This document shows, piece after piece, positions 30,825 through 39,170 of a DNA stretch of 64,000 nt. The stretch covers positions 192,001 to 256,000 of the forward strand of contig JAVJQW010000057.1 in NCBI GenBank assembly GCA_040218735.1, in the 5' to 3' direction. Every line of letters starts with the position of its first letter. Within the stretch, counting starts at the first letter, position 1. The position numbers and the translations under genes are program-made. This DNA comes from Deltaproteobacteria bacterium. Lineage in GTDB: Bacteria > Myxococcota > Kuafuiibacteriia > Kuafuiibacteriales > Kuafuiibacteriaceae. The notes below the pieces were generated by a model. It saw nothing but the letters and a program-made list of their open reading frames with translations. It made no database searches and was not told the origin of the DNA.

Positions 30825-31376
30825 ATGAAGACGCGAGCGTCCCTCTGCCTCACCCTCTTCGCCGCCGGTGCGGTCGCCTGCATGGGCCCCGTCCCGACGT
30901 CCGACCTGGCCGAGCCGACCTTTCACGAGGCGCGCTTCGAGCAGGTCCGGCTGACGTTGGCGACGAAGGCCGCGCCGGTCGAAGCCCCCGTGGTGAAGAC
31001 CGCGAAGGCGGCGCCCAAGAAGAAGGCGCGCCCGGCGCCGGCGCCCATCGAGGAGGTCATCGACCTCGCCCTCGAGGAGGCGGCCGACGACGAGCTCCTC
31101 CCGTGGCTCCTCTCCGACGCGAGCTTCAACGCGACGATCGGCGACTGGAGCGGCGTCCGCACCTGCGTCGTCAGCAAACGCGCGACGACCGGCGGCGCCT
31201 TTGCGCTGGAGATGTCGATCGACAGCGACGGCAAGGTGAAGCGCACGCGCGTCGTCGAGGCGAACGCCAAGGCCAGCTCGGTGGCGCCGTGTGTGGCGGC
31301 CAAGGCCAAGCGCCTCGACTTCGAAAAGTACGCGAGCAACGAGACGACCACGCGCGTCGCGAAGTTCGTCTTCTGA
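30825..31376 (+). CDS. Lipoprotein with AgmX/PglI-type (TonB-C-like) C-terminal domain
   Basis: Lipobox AVAC; VRTC...GG.F.LEMSIDSDGKV...CV..KAKRLDF...KFVF pattern. Confidence 0.6.
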   Translation: MKTRASLCLTLFAAGAVACMGPVPTSDLAEPTFHEARFEQVRLTLATKAAPVEAPVVKTAKAAPKKKARPAPAPIEEVIDLALEEAADDELLPWLLSDASFNATIGDWSGVRTCVVSKRATTGGAFALEMSIDSDGKVKRTRVVEANAKASSVAPCVAAKAKRLDFEKYASNETTTRVAKFVF

Positions 31377-31414
31377 ATTGCCTTGCCCCCTACCTTTCAT
31401 AGTAACGAGGGGCG

Positions 31415-33382
31415 ATGACCTCGCCCCTCGCTCGCTTCGAAGCGCACCTCGCCGAATCCGCGCGCGCCGCGCTCGGCCTCGACGCCGAAGACCTGCCGCT
31501 GCTGACCAAGCAGGTCCGCGAAGCCGAGGGCGACCGCGGTGACCTCGCGCTCGGCTGCTTCGCGGTGGCGAAGAAGCTCAAAGAAGCGCCCCCGCAAATC
31601 GCAAGTAGAGTTGCGGCGGCCATCGTCGACGACGAACACTGGGCGTCGGTCGAAGCGGTCGGCCCCTACGTCAACGTGACCTACGCGCCGGCGCTCTTCG
31701 CCGAGGCCGTGGTGCCCGTCGCGCGGCAGGATGTCTACGGCACCGGCGACGAGGGCGCCGACAAGAACGTCGTCATCGACTTCTCCTCCCCGAACATCGC
31801 GAAGCCCCTCGCCTACCACCACCTGCGCTCCACGGTGATCGGCGCGGCGATCGGCCGGCTGCACGCCGCGCGCGGCTGGAACGTCGTGGGCATCAACTAC
31901 CTCGGCGACTGGGGCAAGCAGTTCGGGCTCCTCGCGACCGGGTTCGACCGCAACGGAGACCCGGCGCGGCGCGCGGACGCGAAGCACCTCGTCGACGTCT
32001 ACGTGAAGTCGAACGCAGAGGCGGACGTCGGCAAACGCAAGGCCGCGATCGCGGCGCCCGACGAGGCGCGCAAGATGGCGGCGGCGCTCGACGAGGCGCG
32101 CGCCGCGGCGGCGGACGACTCCGACGCGAAGGCGCAGAAGAAGGCCGCGAAATCGGTGAAGGCGCTGGAGAAGAAGCTCCGCGCGAAGCTGAACCTCGAC
32201 GCGGACGCCCCGCTCGACGACCTGTCCGCGCAGTACGCCGCGCTGGAGGACGCCGCGAAGAAGGCCGAGGCCGAGCTCCCGCAGGTCGAGGCGCTCGACC
32301 GCGAGGCGCGTATGTTCCTCAAGGCGATGGAGGACGGTGAAGACGCCGCGCTCGCCGCGTGGCGGGAGTTCCGCGAGACGTCGATCGAGGAGTTCAAGCG
32401 CGTCTACGACCGGATGGGTGTGGAGTTCACGTCCATCGAGGGGGAGTCACGCTACGGCGACGCCTTGGAGAGCGCGCTGGAGCGCGTCCGCGAGAAGCCC
32501 GGCACCGAGATGAGCGAGGGCGCGGAGATCGTGAAGATGGAGGTCGACAAGGGCGAGCCCCCGGCCATCCTCGTCACGCGCGATGGCACTGCGCTCTACC
32601 TCACGCGCGACATCGCGGCGGCGATGGACCGCCACGAGCGCTTCACATTCGAGCGCTCGCTGTACGTCGTCGCGGCGGACCAGAGCCTGCACTTCAAGCT
32701 GCTGTTCAAGACCCTCGCCGCGATGGGCTTCGAGTGGGCGGACAAGTGCGAGCACGTCCCGTTCGGGCGGGTGCACGGGATGAGCACGCGCAAGGGGAAC
32801 GTGGTGTTCCTCGACGAGGTGCTGCAGCAGGCCGTCGACAAGGCGCGCACCGTCTGTGAGCAGTCCGAGAAGCTCGACGCGGAGCACTTCGACGCCACGG
32901 TCGAGGCGATCGGCACCGGCGTGATCATGTTCGGCGACCTGAAGAACCTCCGCACCAGCGACTACGAGTTCTCCTGGGACGAGGTGCTGAGCTTCTCGGG
33001 GCACACCGGCCCGTACGTGCAGTTCTCGCACGCGCGCGCGTGTTCGATCCTGAAGAAGGGCGGCGGCGTCCCCGCGGAGGCGGACGTCAGCAAGCTCGTC
33101 CTCCCCGAGGAGCAGGCGCTGATCGTCGCGCTCGCGAAGTACCCGGCCGCGGTCCTCGCCGCGTGTGACGCCTACGAGCCGTCGTACGTCACGCGCGCGA
33201 TCCTGGAGGTCGCGCAGAAGACCGCGAGTTACCTCACCGCGGGCAACCGCGACCGCTCGATGCGCGTGCTCAACGACGACGACGCGCTCCAGGCGGCGCG
33301 CTTGCACCTGATCGACGGCGTCCGCCACGTGCTCTCGCACGGGCTCGGCCTCCTCGGCGTGCGCGCACCCGACGCGATGTGA
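31415..33382 (+). CDS. argS: Arginine--tRNA ligase with a ~90-aa helical insertion
   Basis: IDFSSPNIAKP..HHLRST.IG, NYLGDWGKQFG, DG..LY.TRD.AAA, YVV..DQ.LHF, MSTRKG, G.TGPY.Q..HAR, LLG..APD.M. Confidence 0.95.
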   Translation: MTSPLARFEAHLAESARAALGLDAEDLPLLTKQVREAEGDRGDLALGCFAVAKKLKEAPPQIASRVAAAIVDDEHWASVEAVGPYVNVTYAPALFAEAVVPVARQDVYGTGDEGADKNVVIDFSSPNIAKPLAYHHLRSTVIGAAIGRLHAARGWNVVGINYLGDWGKQFGLLATGFDRNGDPARRADAKHLVDVYVKSNAEADVGKRKAAIAAPDEARKMAAALDEARAAAADDSDAKAQKKAAKSVKALEKKLRAKLNLDADAPLDDLSAQYAALEDAAKKAEAELPQVEALDREARMFLKAMEDGEDAALAAWREFRETSIEEFKRVYDRMGVEFTSIEGESRYGDALESALERVREKPGTEMSEGAEIVKMEVDKGEPPAILVTRDGTALYLTRDIAAAMDRHERFTFERSLYVVAADQSLHFKLLFKTLAAMGFEWADKCEHVPFGRVHGMSTRKGNVVFLDEVLQQAVDKARTVCEQSEKLDAEHFDATVEAIGTGVIMFGDLKNLRTSDYEFSWDEVLSFSGHTGPYVQFSHARACSILKKGGGVPAEADVSKLVLPEEQALIVALAKYPAAVLAACDAYEPSYVTRAILEVAQKTASYLTAGNRDRSMRVLNDDDALQAARLHLIDGVRHVLSHGLGLLGVRAPDAM

Positions 33383-33439
33383 TCCGCGCCAGCCGGCCAC
33401 GGCACAGACCGACGCCTCGCGTTCGGACCACAGCGCATT

Positions 33440-35011
33440 TCAGCCGGTGCGCGAAGCGTACGGATCCGTCGTTTGGATGCGGTCGTCCTCGACGGGGCCG
33501 CCGACCGTGAAGTGGTAGAGCGTCGCCCGCCTCGAGCCGTCGAGGCCGAGGATCTCGTGCGTGAGGTCGTCGAAGAAGCAGCCGATGCCCGTGGCGCGGA
33601 TGCCCGCCGCTTCCGCCTCCAGGTAGAGGACCTGGCCGATCGCGCCCGCCTCCCAGTGTAGCGCTCGGTAGAACCAGGCGCCGTGCTCTTCGAGGGCGTC
33701 TTCGAGCTCCGCGATCATCGCGACGGCAAACGCGCCGTCGGCGGCGATCGCTTGGCCGCAAGAGATCGCCGCCGCGACCTCGCCGGCGTCCCCCACCCGA
33801 AGGCGGAACAGATCGAGCGACGCGGGGCAGCCCTCGGGCTTCGCCCAGTCGAGGTCGGGGTGTTCTTCGCGCCAAGGCTCGATCGCGTCGGGGCGTCGTA
33901 GGAGCAGATAGAGCCCCGGGTCGAGCCCCTGCACCCGGTGCACGAAGAGCGCGAGGTGCACACGCTGCGACCAGGGCAACACGTCGAACGGACGGTGCCC
34001 CTCACCCGCGCAGGTGCGGAGGAGCATCTCGTAGAACGCGTCGCGCGTGATCCCGGTGCGTCCGTCCATCGCGACCGCGCTGCGGCGCGTTCGGATCACC
34101 CGCCGCGCGTCGGGGGCATCGTCGTGTTCCGGGAGCGCGTGCACGACGCGCCCAGAGGATTCGATCGCCGAAGCGTCGAGTCGCTCCGCGGCGGCGGCCA
34201 CGTCGTCGATGACCGGCCACGGGTGATGTTCTCTACTCAGTGTATTCGTTTCGAACCCGTGCGGCGCGCCTGGCGACGGAACCCACACCGGGCCCTCTGC
34301 CGGCACAACCTCGACCGCGAGCAATACGTCCGGGTGCTCGCGCTCCGGCCCCGTCTGCGCGTCGATCCCGAGCAGCGCCGCGAGCGCCGCGTCTTCGATC
34401 GGCACCTGACGCACCCGCCACCCGAGCAGCGCCGCCGCGAGCGACACCGCGGCGATCGCGTGCCCGACGTCGTGCTGACAGTACCGATACGCGCGCTCGC
34501 CGTACTTCCACGCTTCGCGCCAGTGGATCGAAGTAAGGCCCACCCAGAACGTTCCGTCCGCGAACCCATCGACCGCCCCCAAGCGCTCCAGCGCGTGCGC
34601 CCGAGGCGCGTAGTGATGCACGGCGGGCGCCTGAGCGATCCCCTCCACCGCGGGGAGCACGAGGTACCCTTCCGTCGGGTGCAGGTTCCCGCTCGACGGG
34701 TTCACGCGCAGCCACCACCGGTTCGTCCCGGCGGCCTTCTCGGCGGAGAGCGCGAGGCTGTCGAACAGCATCTGCGAGATCGACGCGCGCGACAGCGGCG
34801 CCGGCTCACGCGCGCCGACGAACAGCTCCGGATACTTCGGCGCGCCGTTCGGCGGCACCACGTCGAGCGCGACCGTCGGCGCTCCTACGAATCTTCTGAA
34901 TGGATCCGGCTGCGTGTCCCAGTCGAGGTACCCGAGGCTCCTCGCGTACCGCCCCGGCGCATGTTTCGTGCGCGCGTGGTACGCGCGAACGGCCTCACGG
35001 GAATCGGTCAC
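33440..35011 (-). CDS. SagB/ThcOx-like tandem nitroreductase-family protein
   Basis: YH.RTKH, LDW.TQPDPFR, LRVNPSSGNLHPTEGY, WREAWKYGERAYRYC.HD.GHA, GQ.LYLEAEAAG...TGIGCFFDD. Confidence 0.88.
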   Translation of the reverse strand: MTDSREAVRAYHARTKHAPGRYARSLGYLDWDTQPDPFRRFVGAPTVALDVVPPNGAPKYPELFVGAREPAPLSRASISQMLFDSLALSAEKAAGTNRWWLRVNPSSGNLHPTEGYLVLPAVEGIAQAPAVHHYAPRAHALERLGAVDGFADGTFWVGLTSIHWREAWKYGERAYRYCQHDVGHAIAAVSLAAALLGWRVRQVPIEDAALAALLGIDAQTGPEREHPDVLLAVEVVPAEGPVWVPSPGAPHGFETNTLSREHHPWPVIDDVAAAAERLDASAIESSGRVVHALPEHDDAPDARRVIRTRRSAVAMDGRTGITRDAFYEMLLRTCAGEGHRPFDVLPWSQRVHLALFVHRVQGLDPGLYLLLRRPDAIEPWREEHPDLDWAKPEGCPASLDLFRLRVGDAGEVAAAISCGQAIAADGAFAVAMIAELEDALEEHGAWFYRALHWEAGAIGQVLYLEAEAAGIRATGIGCFFDDLTHEILGLDGSRRATLYHFTVGGPVEDDRIQTTDPYASRTG

Positions 35012-35970
35012 GCGAATCGGTCACGGTCGTGGGCACCGCCCAACGCGATGCGCGGCCCCTTCGGCACGATGCCGTGCGGGTTGATGGACTTGTGGCTCCC
35101 GAAGTAGTGCCGCTTGATGTGCTCGAAGTTGCACACGTCGCGCACGCCGGGGATCTGGTAGAGCGCTTTGAGGTAGTTGAAGAGGTTCGGGTACTCGTAG
35201 ACGTGCCGCAGGTTGCACTTGAAGTGCGTGTAGTAGACGAGGTCGAACCGTAGCAGCGTCGTGAACAGGCACCAGTCGGCCTCGGTCAGCACGTCGCCAC
35301 ACAGGTAGCGCTGTTTCCCGAGCACCTCCTCCCAGTGGTCGAGCGCCTCGAACAGCTCGGTCACGGCCTCCAGGTAGGCGTCCTGGCTCCCCGCGAACCC
35401 GCTCCGGTACACGCCGTTGTTGATCGGGTCGTAGATCGCCGTGATGACCTCGTCGATCCGTTCCTCCATTCCGGGCGGGCAGAACGTCACGCTTGGATCG
35501 CCGAGCCCCATCATCGTCGTGTCGAGCATCCGGATGATCTCGCGCGACTCGTTGTTGACGATGGTCTCTTCCTTCTTGTCCCACAGCACCGGGACCGTCA
35601 CGCGCGTCGACACCTTCGGGTCGGCCTTCACGTAGACCTCCCGCAGGAACTTCGCGCCGTTCACGCTGTCGGGGATCGCGCCGGGTTCCTCCGAAAAGTG
35701 CCACCCGTCCTCCGTCATGTGGTGATCCACCACCGACAGTCCGATGTGCTCCTCCAACCCGCGCAGCTGGCGGACGATCAGGACCCGGTGCGCCCACGGG
35801 CACGCCCACGACGCGTACAGATGATAACGACCGGACTCGACGGGGTGCGGCGTCGAGCCGTCCGTCGACAGCTGCCCGCGAAACGTCGTCGGCTTTCGTT
35901 TGAAACGACCGTCGCCCGCGTCATGCCATTGTTTGTCGGTGACCCACTCGCCTTCGACCAATCGACCCAT
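35008..35970 (-). CDS. yqjG: Glutathionyl-hydroquinone reductase (GST omega/xi class, YqjG-like)
   Basis: GRYHLY.S.ACPWAHR, RVTVPVLWD, IVNNES.EIIRM, INNGVY..GFA, HIKRHYF.SH..INP.GIVP.GP. Confidence 0.92.
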   Translation of the reverse strand: MGRLVEGEWVTDKQWHDAGDGRFKRKPTTFRGQLSTDGSTPHPVESGRYHLYASWACPWAHRVLIVRQLRGLEEHIGLSVVDHHMTEDGWHFSEEPGAIPDSVNGAKFLREVYVKADPKVSTRVTVPVLWDKKEETIVNNESREIIRMLDTTMMGLGDPSVTFCPPGMEERIDEVITAIYDPINNGVYRSGFAGSQDAYLEAVTELFEALDHWEEVLGKQRYLCGDVLTEADWCLFTTLLRFDLVYYTHFKCNLRHVYEYPNLFNYLKALYQIPGVRDVCNFEHIKRHYFGSHKSINPHGIVPKGPRIALGGAHDRDRFA

Positions 35971-36015
35971 GCGATGGCCTTAACACATCGAGGGGTCTTC
36001 GAATGCCCAGCGGCG

Positions 36016-38262
36016 TCAGGCGGCGCGCGCGTCGGGTCCGTCGCCGAACGCAGCGGGGACCGCGTCGACTTCGCCCTCCAGCGTGTCGACGCCGAGGATC
36101 CGCAGATCCGCGCGATCGCCGAGCCCGAACAGCCCCTTGGGCGTCTCGTACGCCGTCGCCTCGTTGACGAGGCCGTACTGGCCGCCTTCGGTCTTCTGCA
36201 TCAGACCGGACGAGACGGAGATCTCGGCGGGGAACGCGTCGAGCTCCACCTTGAACCCACCTGGCGACACATCCACGACCGTGCCGGACATCGCTTCGCC
36301 GACGTGCGGCTCGAGGAGCATCGACCCGAGGATCGACGTGCACTGCGAAGCGATCGTCCCGTGCATCCGCGCCGCGCGTTCGTTGCACCGCGCGATGAAG
36401 TCGAGGTTGTCGTCGTCCTGGTGCGGAATGGGCGTGCCCTCGACGATCGCCGCGAGCACCCGCGCGGCGACGATGTCCGGGTAGCGACGCATCGGCGCGG
36501 TGAAGTGGAGGTAGTGCTTCAGCTTCAACCCGTGGTGCCCCGGCGAGTCGGGCGTGTAACTCGCCCGGACGTTCGTGCGCGTCGCCATGCGACGGATGCA
36601 CGCGGTCTTCGGATCGGTCGAATCCAGCGCCGCGAGGTAGTCCGACATCGCCTGGTCCTTCGGCCACGGGCGACCGAGCACCGCGACGCTCCGACGGAAC
36701 GCAGCGACCTTCTCCGGATCCGGCTCCGGGTGCGCGCGGTGGAGAGCCTTCACGTCCTCGGCCTCGAGCCGCGCCGCGACGGCGTGGTTCGTCATCAGCG
36801 AGATCTGTTCGTTGAAACGCTCGACCATCAGACGCCCGCGTGACTTCAGCTCGAACCCACACGGCGTCGCGTCGCTCGGGACGCCGCGCGACTCGGACGC
36901 CTGGCTGTCGACGACCTTCCGATCCTTGGCGCGATCGATCAGTGTCCCGCCGATCGTCTGGAGCAGCTCGAGCGAACGTGAGTACTCCTGGTTCGCGAGC
37001 GGCCCCGACTTGGTGTCCATGAACTCTTGGACCCCTTCGAAGTCGAGCTTCGCGCGCGCCTTGATCACGCCGCGCTCGAACTTCGAGTCGAGGAGCTTGC
37101 CCTGGTCGTCGAGCTCCATCGTCACGACGAACGCACGGCGCCGCTGGTTCGCGACCAGCGAGCACAGGTCCTCCGACAGCTCACGCGGGAGCATCGGGAT
37201 GGAGCGCCCCGGGAGGTACGCGGAGAGCGAACGTTTCACCGCTTCCTTGTCGAGCGCGCTCCCCTCCTTCACGTAGTACGCAGCGTCGGCGATCGCGTAG
37301 TGCACGACGACGCCCCCGCCCGGCCGCTCCTGCACACACACCGCCTGGTCGAGGTCGACGGTGTCCTTCCCGTCGATCGTCACGAACGGCAGCGCCTCGA
37401 AGCTCTTCCCGGTGATCTCTTCCTGCTGGAACGCCCGCACCTCGGCCATCGCCTCCTCGGGGTGTGTGAGGGACAGGCCATTGTCGGTGGCGACGGAGAG
37501 GAACCGCGCCCGCGCGCCGTCGGACGGTCCCAGCGTTTCGAGCACGTGACCGACGCAGTCCGGCTTACCGCGGTTCTGGACGTGGCAGACGATCGCCTGG
37601 CCCTCCAGCTGGGGTGCGCGCGCCGCCGCCGCATCATCGAGCGGAACGGTCTCGTAGGCACGGTTCGCGCCGATGCCTCGCGCGACCCACCGTCCGTCGA
37701 CCTTCGCGACCTCGCCCACGAACGCACGGCCGAAGTCCTCGCGGTCGGTGAGGATCCGCTGCTTCGTCTCTCCCGACGGCGTGGTCGTCGTCTCGATCTC
37801 GACCTCGGCGCCGTGGCGGAGGCCCCAGGTGTCCTCGAGCTCGAGCGGGAACGGCTGGATCTGTTTGTCGTGCGGACGGAAGAGCACGCGCTGCTTGCCG
37901 CGTTTGACGGAGCGATCGATCCGGCCGGAGATCGGCGGGTCGCCCCTGAGCGACGCCGGCGTCAGCGCGGCGATCGCCGGCATGCGCTGCACGCGCTGCA
38001 GCGCCGCGCGCACCGGGCCTTCGAACTGCGTCATCGCCTGCGCGATGCGGTCCTTGGTCAACAGCGCGCGTGTCGCGGCCGGGAATCGTTTGGTGAGTGG
38101 GGTTCGCTCGGGCGCCGCGTGCTGGCCGGTCCGGGTGAGGCCCTCTAACCCCGAGGTCCCCGACGACTCCGCCTGGCTGCGACGCACGGACTGGATGTCG
38201 ACGGTCGGCGTGGTGTCGATGACCTGCCGCCGGCCGAGCGGTCGACGCGGGATGGAGCTCAC
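36016..38262 (-). CDS. RNase II/RNase R (RNB) family exoribonuclease with a ~100-aa disordered N-terminal extension
   Basis: FVTIDG.DT.DLDQA, YAIAD, S.YLPG..IPMLP.ELS..LCSL, HHGL....Y.HFTAPMRRYPD, C-terminal S1-like domain. GTG 38262 overlaps the TGA of the upstream TPR gene. Confidence 0.88.
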   Translation of the reverse strand: MSSIPRRPLGRRQVIDTTPTVDIQSVRRSQAESSGTSGLEGLTRTGQHAAPERTPLTKRFPAATRALLTKDRIAQAMTQFEGPVRAALQRVQRMPAIAALTPASLRGDPPISGRIDRSVKRGKQRVLFRPHDKQIQPFPLELEDTWGLRHGAEVEIETTTTPSGETKQRILTDREDFGRAFVGEVAKVDGRWVARGIGANRAYETVPLDDAAAARAPQLEGQAIVCHVQNRGKPDCVGHVLETLGPSDGARARFLSVATDNGLSLTHPEEAMAEVRAFQQEEITGKSFEALPFVTIDGKDTVDLDQAVCVQERPGGGVVVHYAIADAAYYVKEGSALDKEAVKRSLSAYLPGRSIPMLPRELSEDLCSLVANQRRRAFVVTMELDDQGKLLDSKFERGVIKARAKLDFEGVQEFMDTKSGPLANQEYSRSLELLQTIGGTLIDRAKDRKVVDSQASESRGVPSDATPCGFELKSRGRLMVERFNEQISLMTNHAVAARLEAEDVKALHRAHPEPDPEKVAAFRRSVAVLGRPWPKDQAMSDYLAALDSTDPKTACIRRMATRTNVRASYTPDSPGHHGLKLKHYLHFTAPMRRYPDIVAARVLAAIVEGTPIPHQDDDNLDFIARCNERAARMHGTIASQCTSILGSMLLEPHVGEAMSGTVVDVSPGGFKVELDAFPAEISVSSGLMQKTEGGQYGLVNEATAYETPKGLFGLGDRADLRILGVDTLEGEVDAVPAAFGDGPDARAA

Positions 38263-38696
38263 TTGCGAGCCTCGAGCATCGACAACATGTCGAGAGCGTG
38301 CCGACGCGCGACGGAGGACTCGGTCAGCTCGACGAGCAACCACGACAGCAGCGACCGCGCGCGGTCCTCTTCGCCCGAGTCCATGTACAGACGCGCGAGC
38401 TCCAGGAGTGTGTGCGGGTCCCGTTCCTCCGCGGTGATGGCACGTTCGTACGCGTCACGCGCCTCGAGCGGTCGGTTGAGGCGGTCCAACGTGAGGCCGA
38501 GCATCGCGAGCGCGCGCGGGTGGTCGGACTCGAGCGCCAGCGCGGCCGTGAGCAACGCGTACGCGTCGTTGAAGGCGTGCGCGCGCAGAGAAGCGGAGGC
38601 GCACGCGATCAGGAGCTCCGGATCGAGCATGGGCTGCTCGCCCGTCACCGTGTCGAAGGACGGGCGTGGCGGCGTGGCTCCGGTGGCGAAGGGCAT
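38259..38696 (-). CDS. Small 3-TPR protein, SycD/LcrH (class II T3SS chaperone)-like
   Basis: About 145 aa; three TPRs with A..LL....ALE..HP.A...LG....L....EA..AY..A......DP..LL.LA..Y...GE...AR..L and a terminal A...L..L helix. Confidence 0.7.
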   Translation of the reverse strand: MPFATGATPPRPSFDTVTGEQPMLDPELLIACASASLRAHAFNDAYALLTAALALESDHPRALAMLGLTLDRLNRPLEARDAYERAITAEERDPHTLLELARLYMDSGEEDRARSLLSWLLVELTESSVARRHALDMLSMLEARK

Positions 38697-38712
38697 GGTG
38701 GACCCGACGTCG

Positions 38713-38740
38713 TTATCGGACGCCGCGTCCGCGGGTTGCG
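38713..38740 (-). promoter_or_regulatory. Putative sigma-28 (FliA/WhiG)-type promoter CGCAA-N15-TCCGATAA
   Basis: Same -35 and spacing as 23465-23492; 16 nt upstream of ATG 38696. Confidence 0.6.
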
Positions 38741-38781
38741 AGATCGGAGGTCGGTCAAAAGTCCGACCGCCGGGTCACAGA

Positions 38782-39150
38782 CTACAGGCCCAGTACCTTC
38801 GTAATCGCCTTCATCAGCAGGTCGGGGTTGAAGGGCTTCACCATCCACGCGGTCGCGCCGGCGGCCTTGCCCTCTTGGACCTTCGCCTTCGACGACTCGG
38901 TGGTGACCATGAAGATCGGGGTCTTCGCGTGTTTGTCGAGCTGGCGCACCTTCCCGATCATCTCGATGCCGTTCATCACCGGCATGTTCACGTCGACGAG
39001 CATCAGCGCGACGTCCTCGGACTGGGCCTTTTCGTAGCCCTGCTGTCCGTCCTGGGCTTCGACGACCTCGAAGCCCTTGGAGCGCAGGAACATCCCGGCT
39101 TGCTGGCGAATGGTGGCGGAGTCGTCCACGACGAGAATCTTGTGCGTCAT
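38782..39150 (-). CDS. cheY: Single-domain response regulator, CheY-like
   Basis: ILVVDDS, DVNMPVMNG, TTE, KPF; 122 aa. Confidence 0.9.
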   Translation of the reverse strand: MTHKILVVDDSATIRQQAGMFLRSKGFEVVEAQDGQQGYEKAQSEDVALMLVDVNMPVMNGIEMIGKVRQLDKHAKTPIFMVTTESSKAKVQEGKAAGATAWMVKPFNPDLLMKAITKVLGL

Positions 39151-39170
39151 CGTTGTTCCTTCTTGTTCCT

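Noticed and set aside
33440-35011. SagB-like oxidase as a sign of a RiPP (thiazole/oxazole) cluster
   Set aside because: No YcaO, precursor peptide or transporter nearby; it is coupled to a GST and fits the stand-alone nitroreductase subfamily.
37340-37385. RNB active-site motif DLDQA instead of DxDDA, suggesting a dead nuclease
   Set aside because: The essential Asp (equivalent to E. coli RNase II D209) is retained, and DLDQA variants occur in other RNB proteins; not evidence of inactivity.
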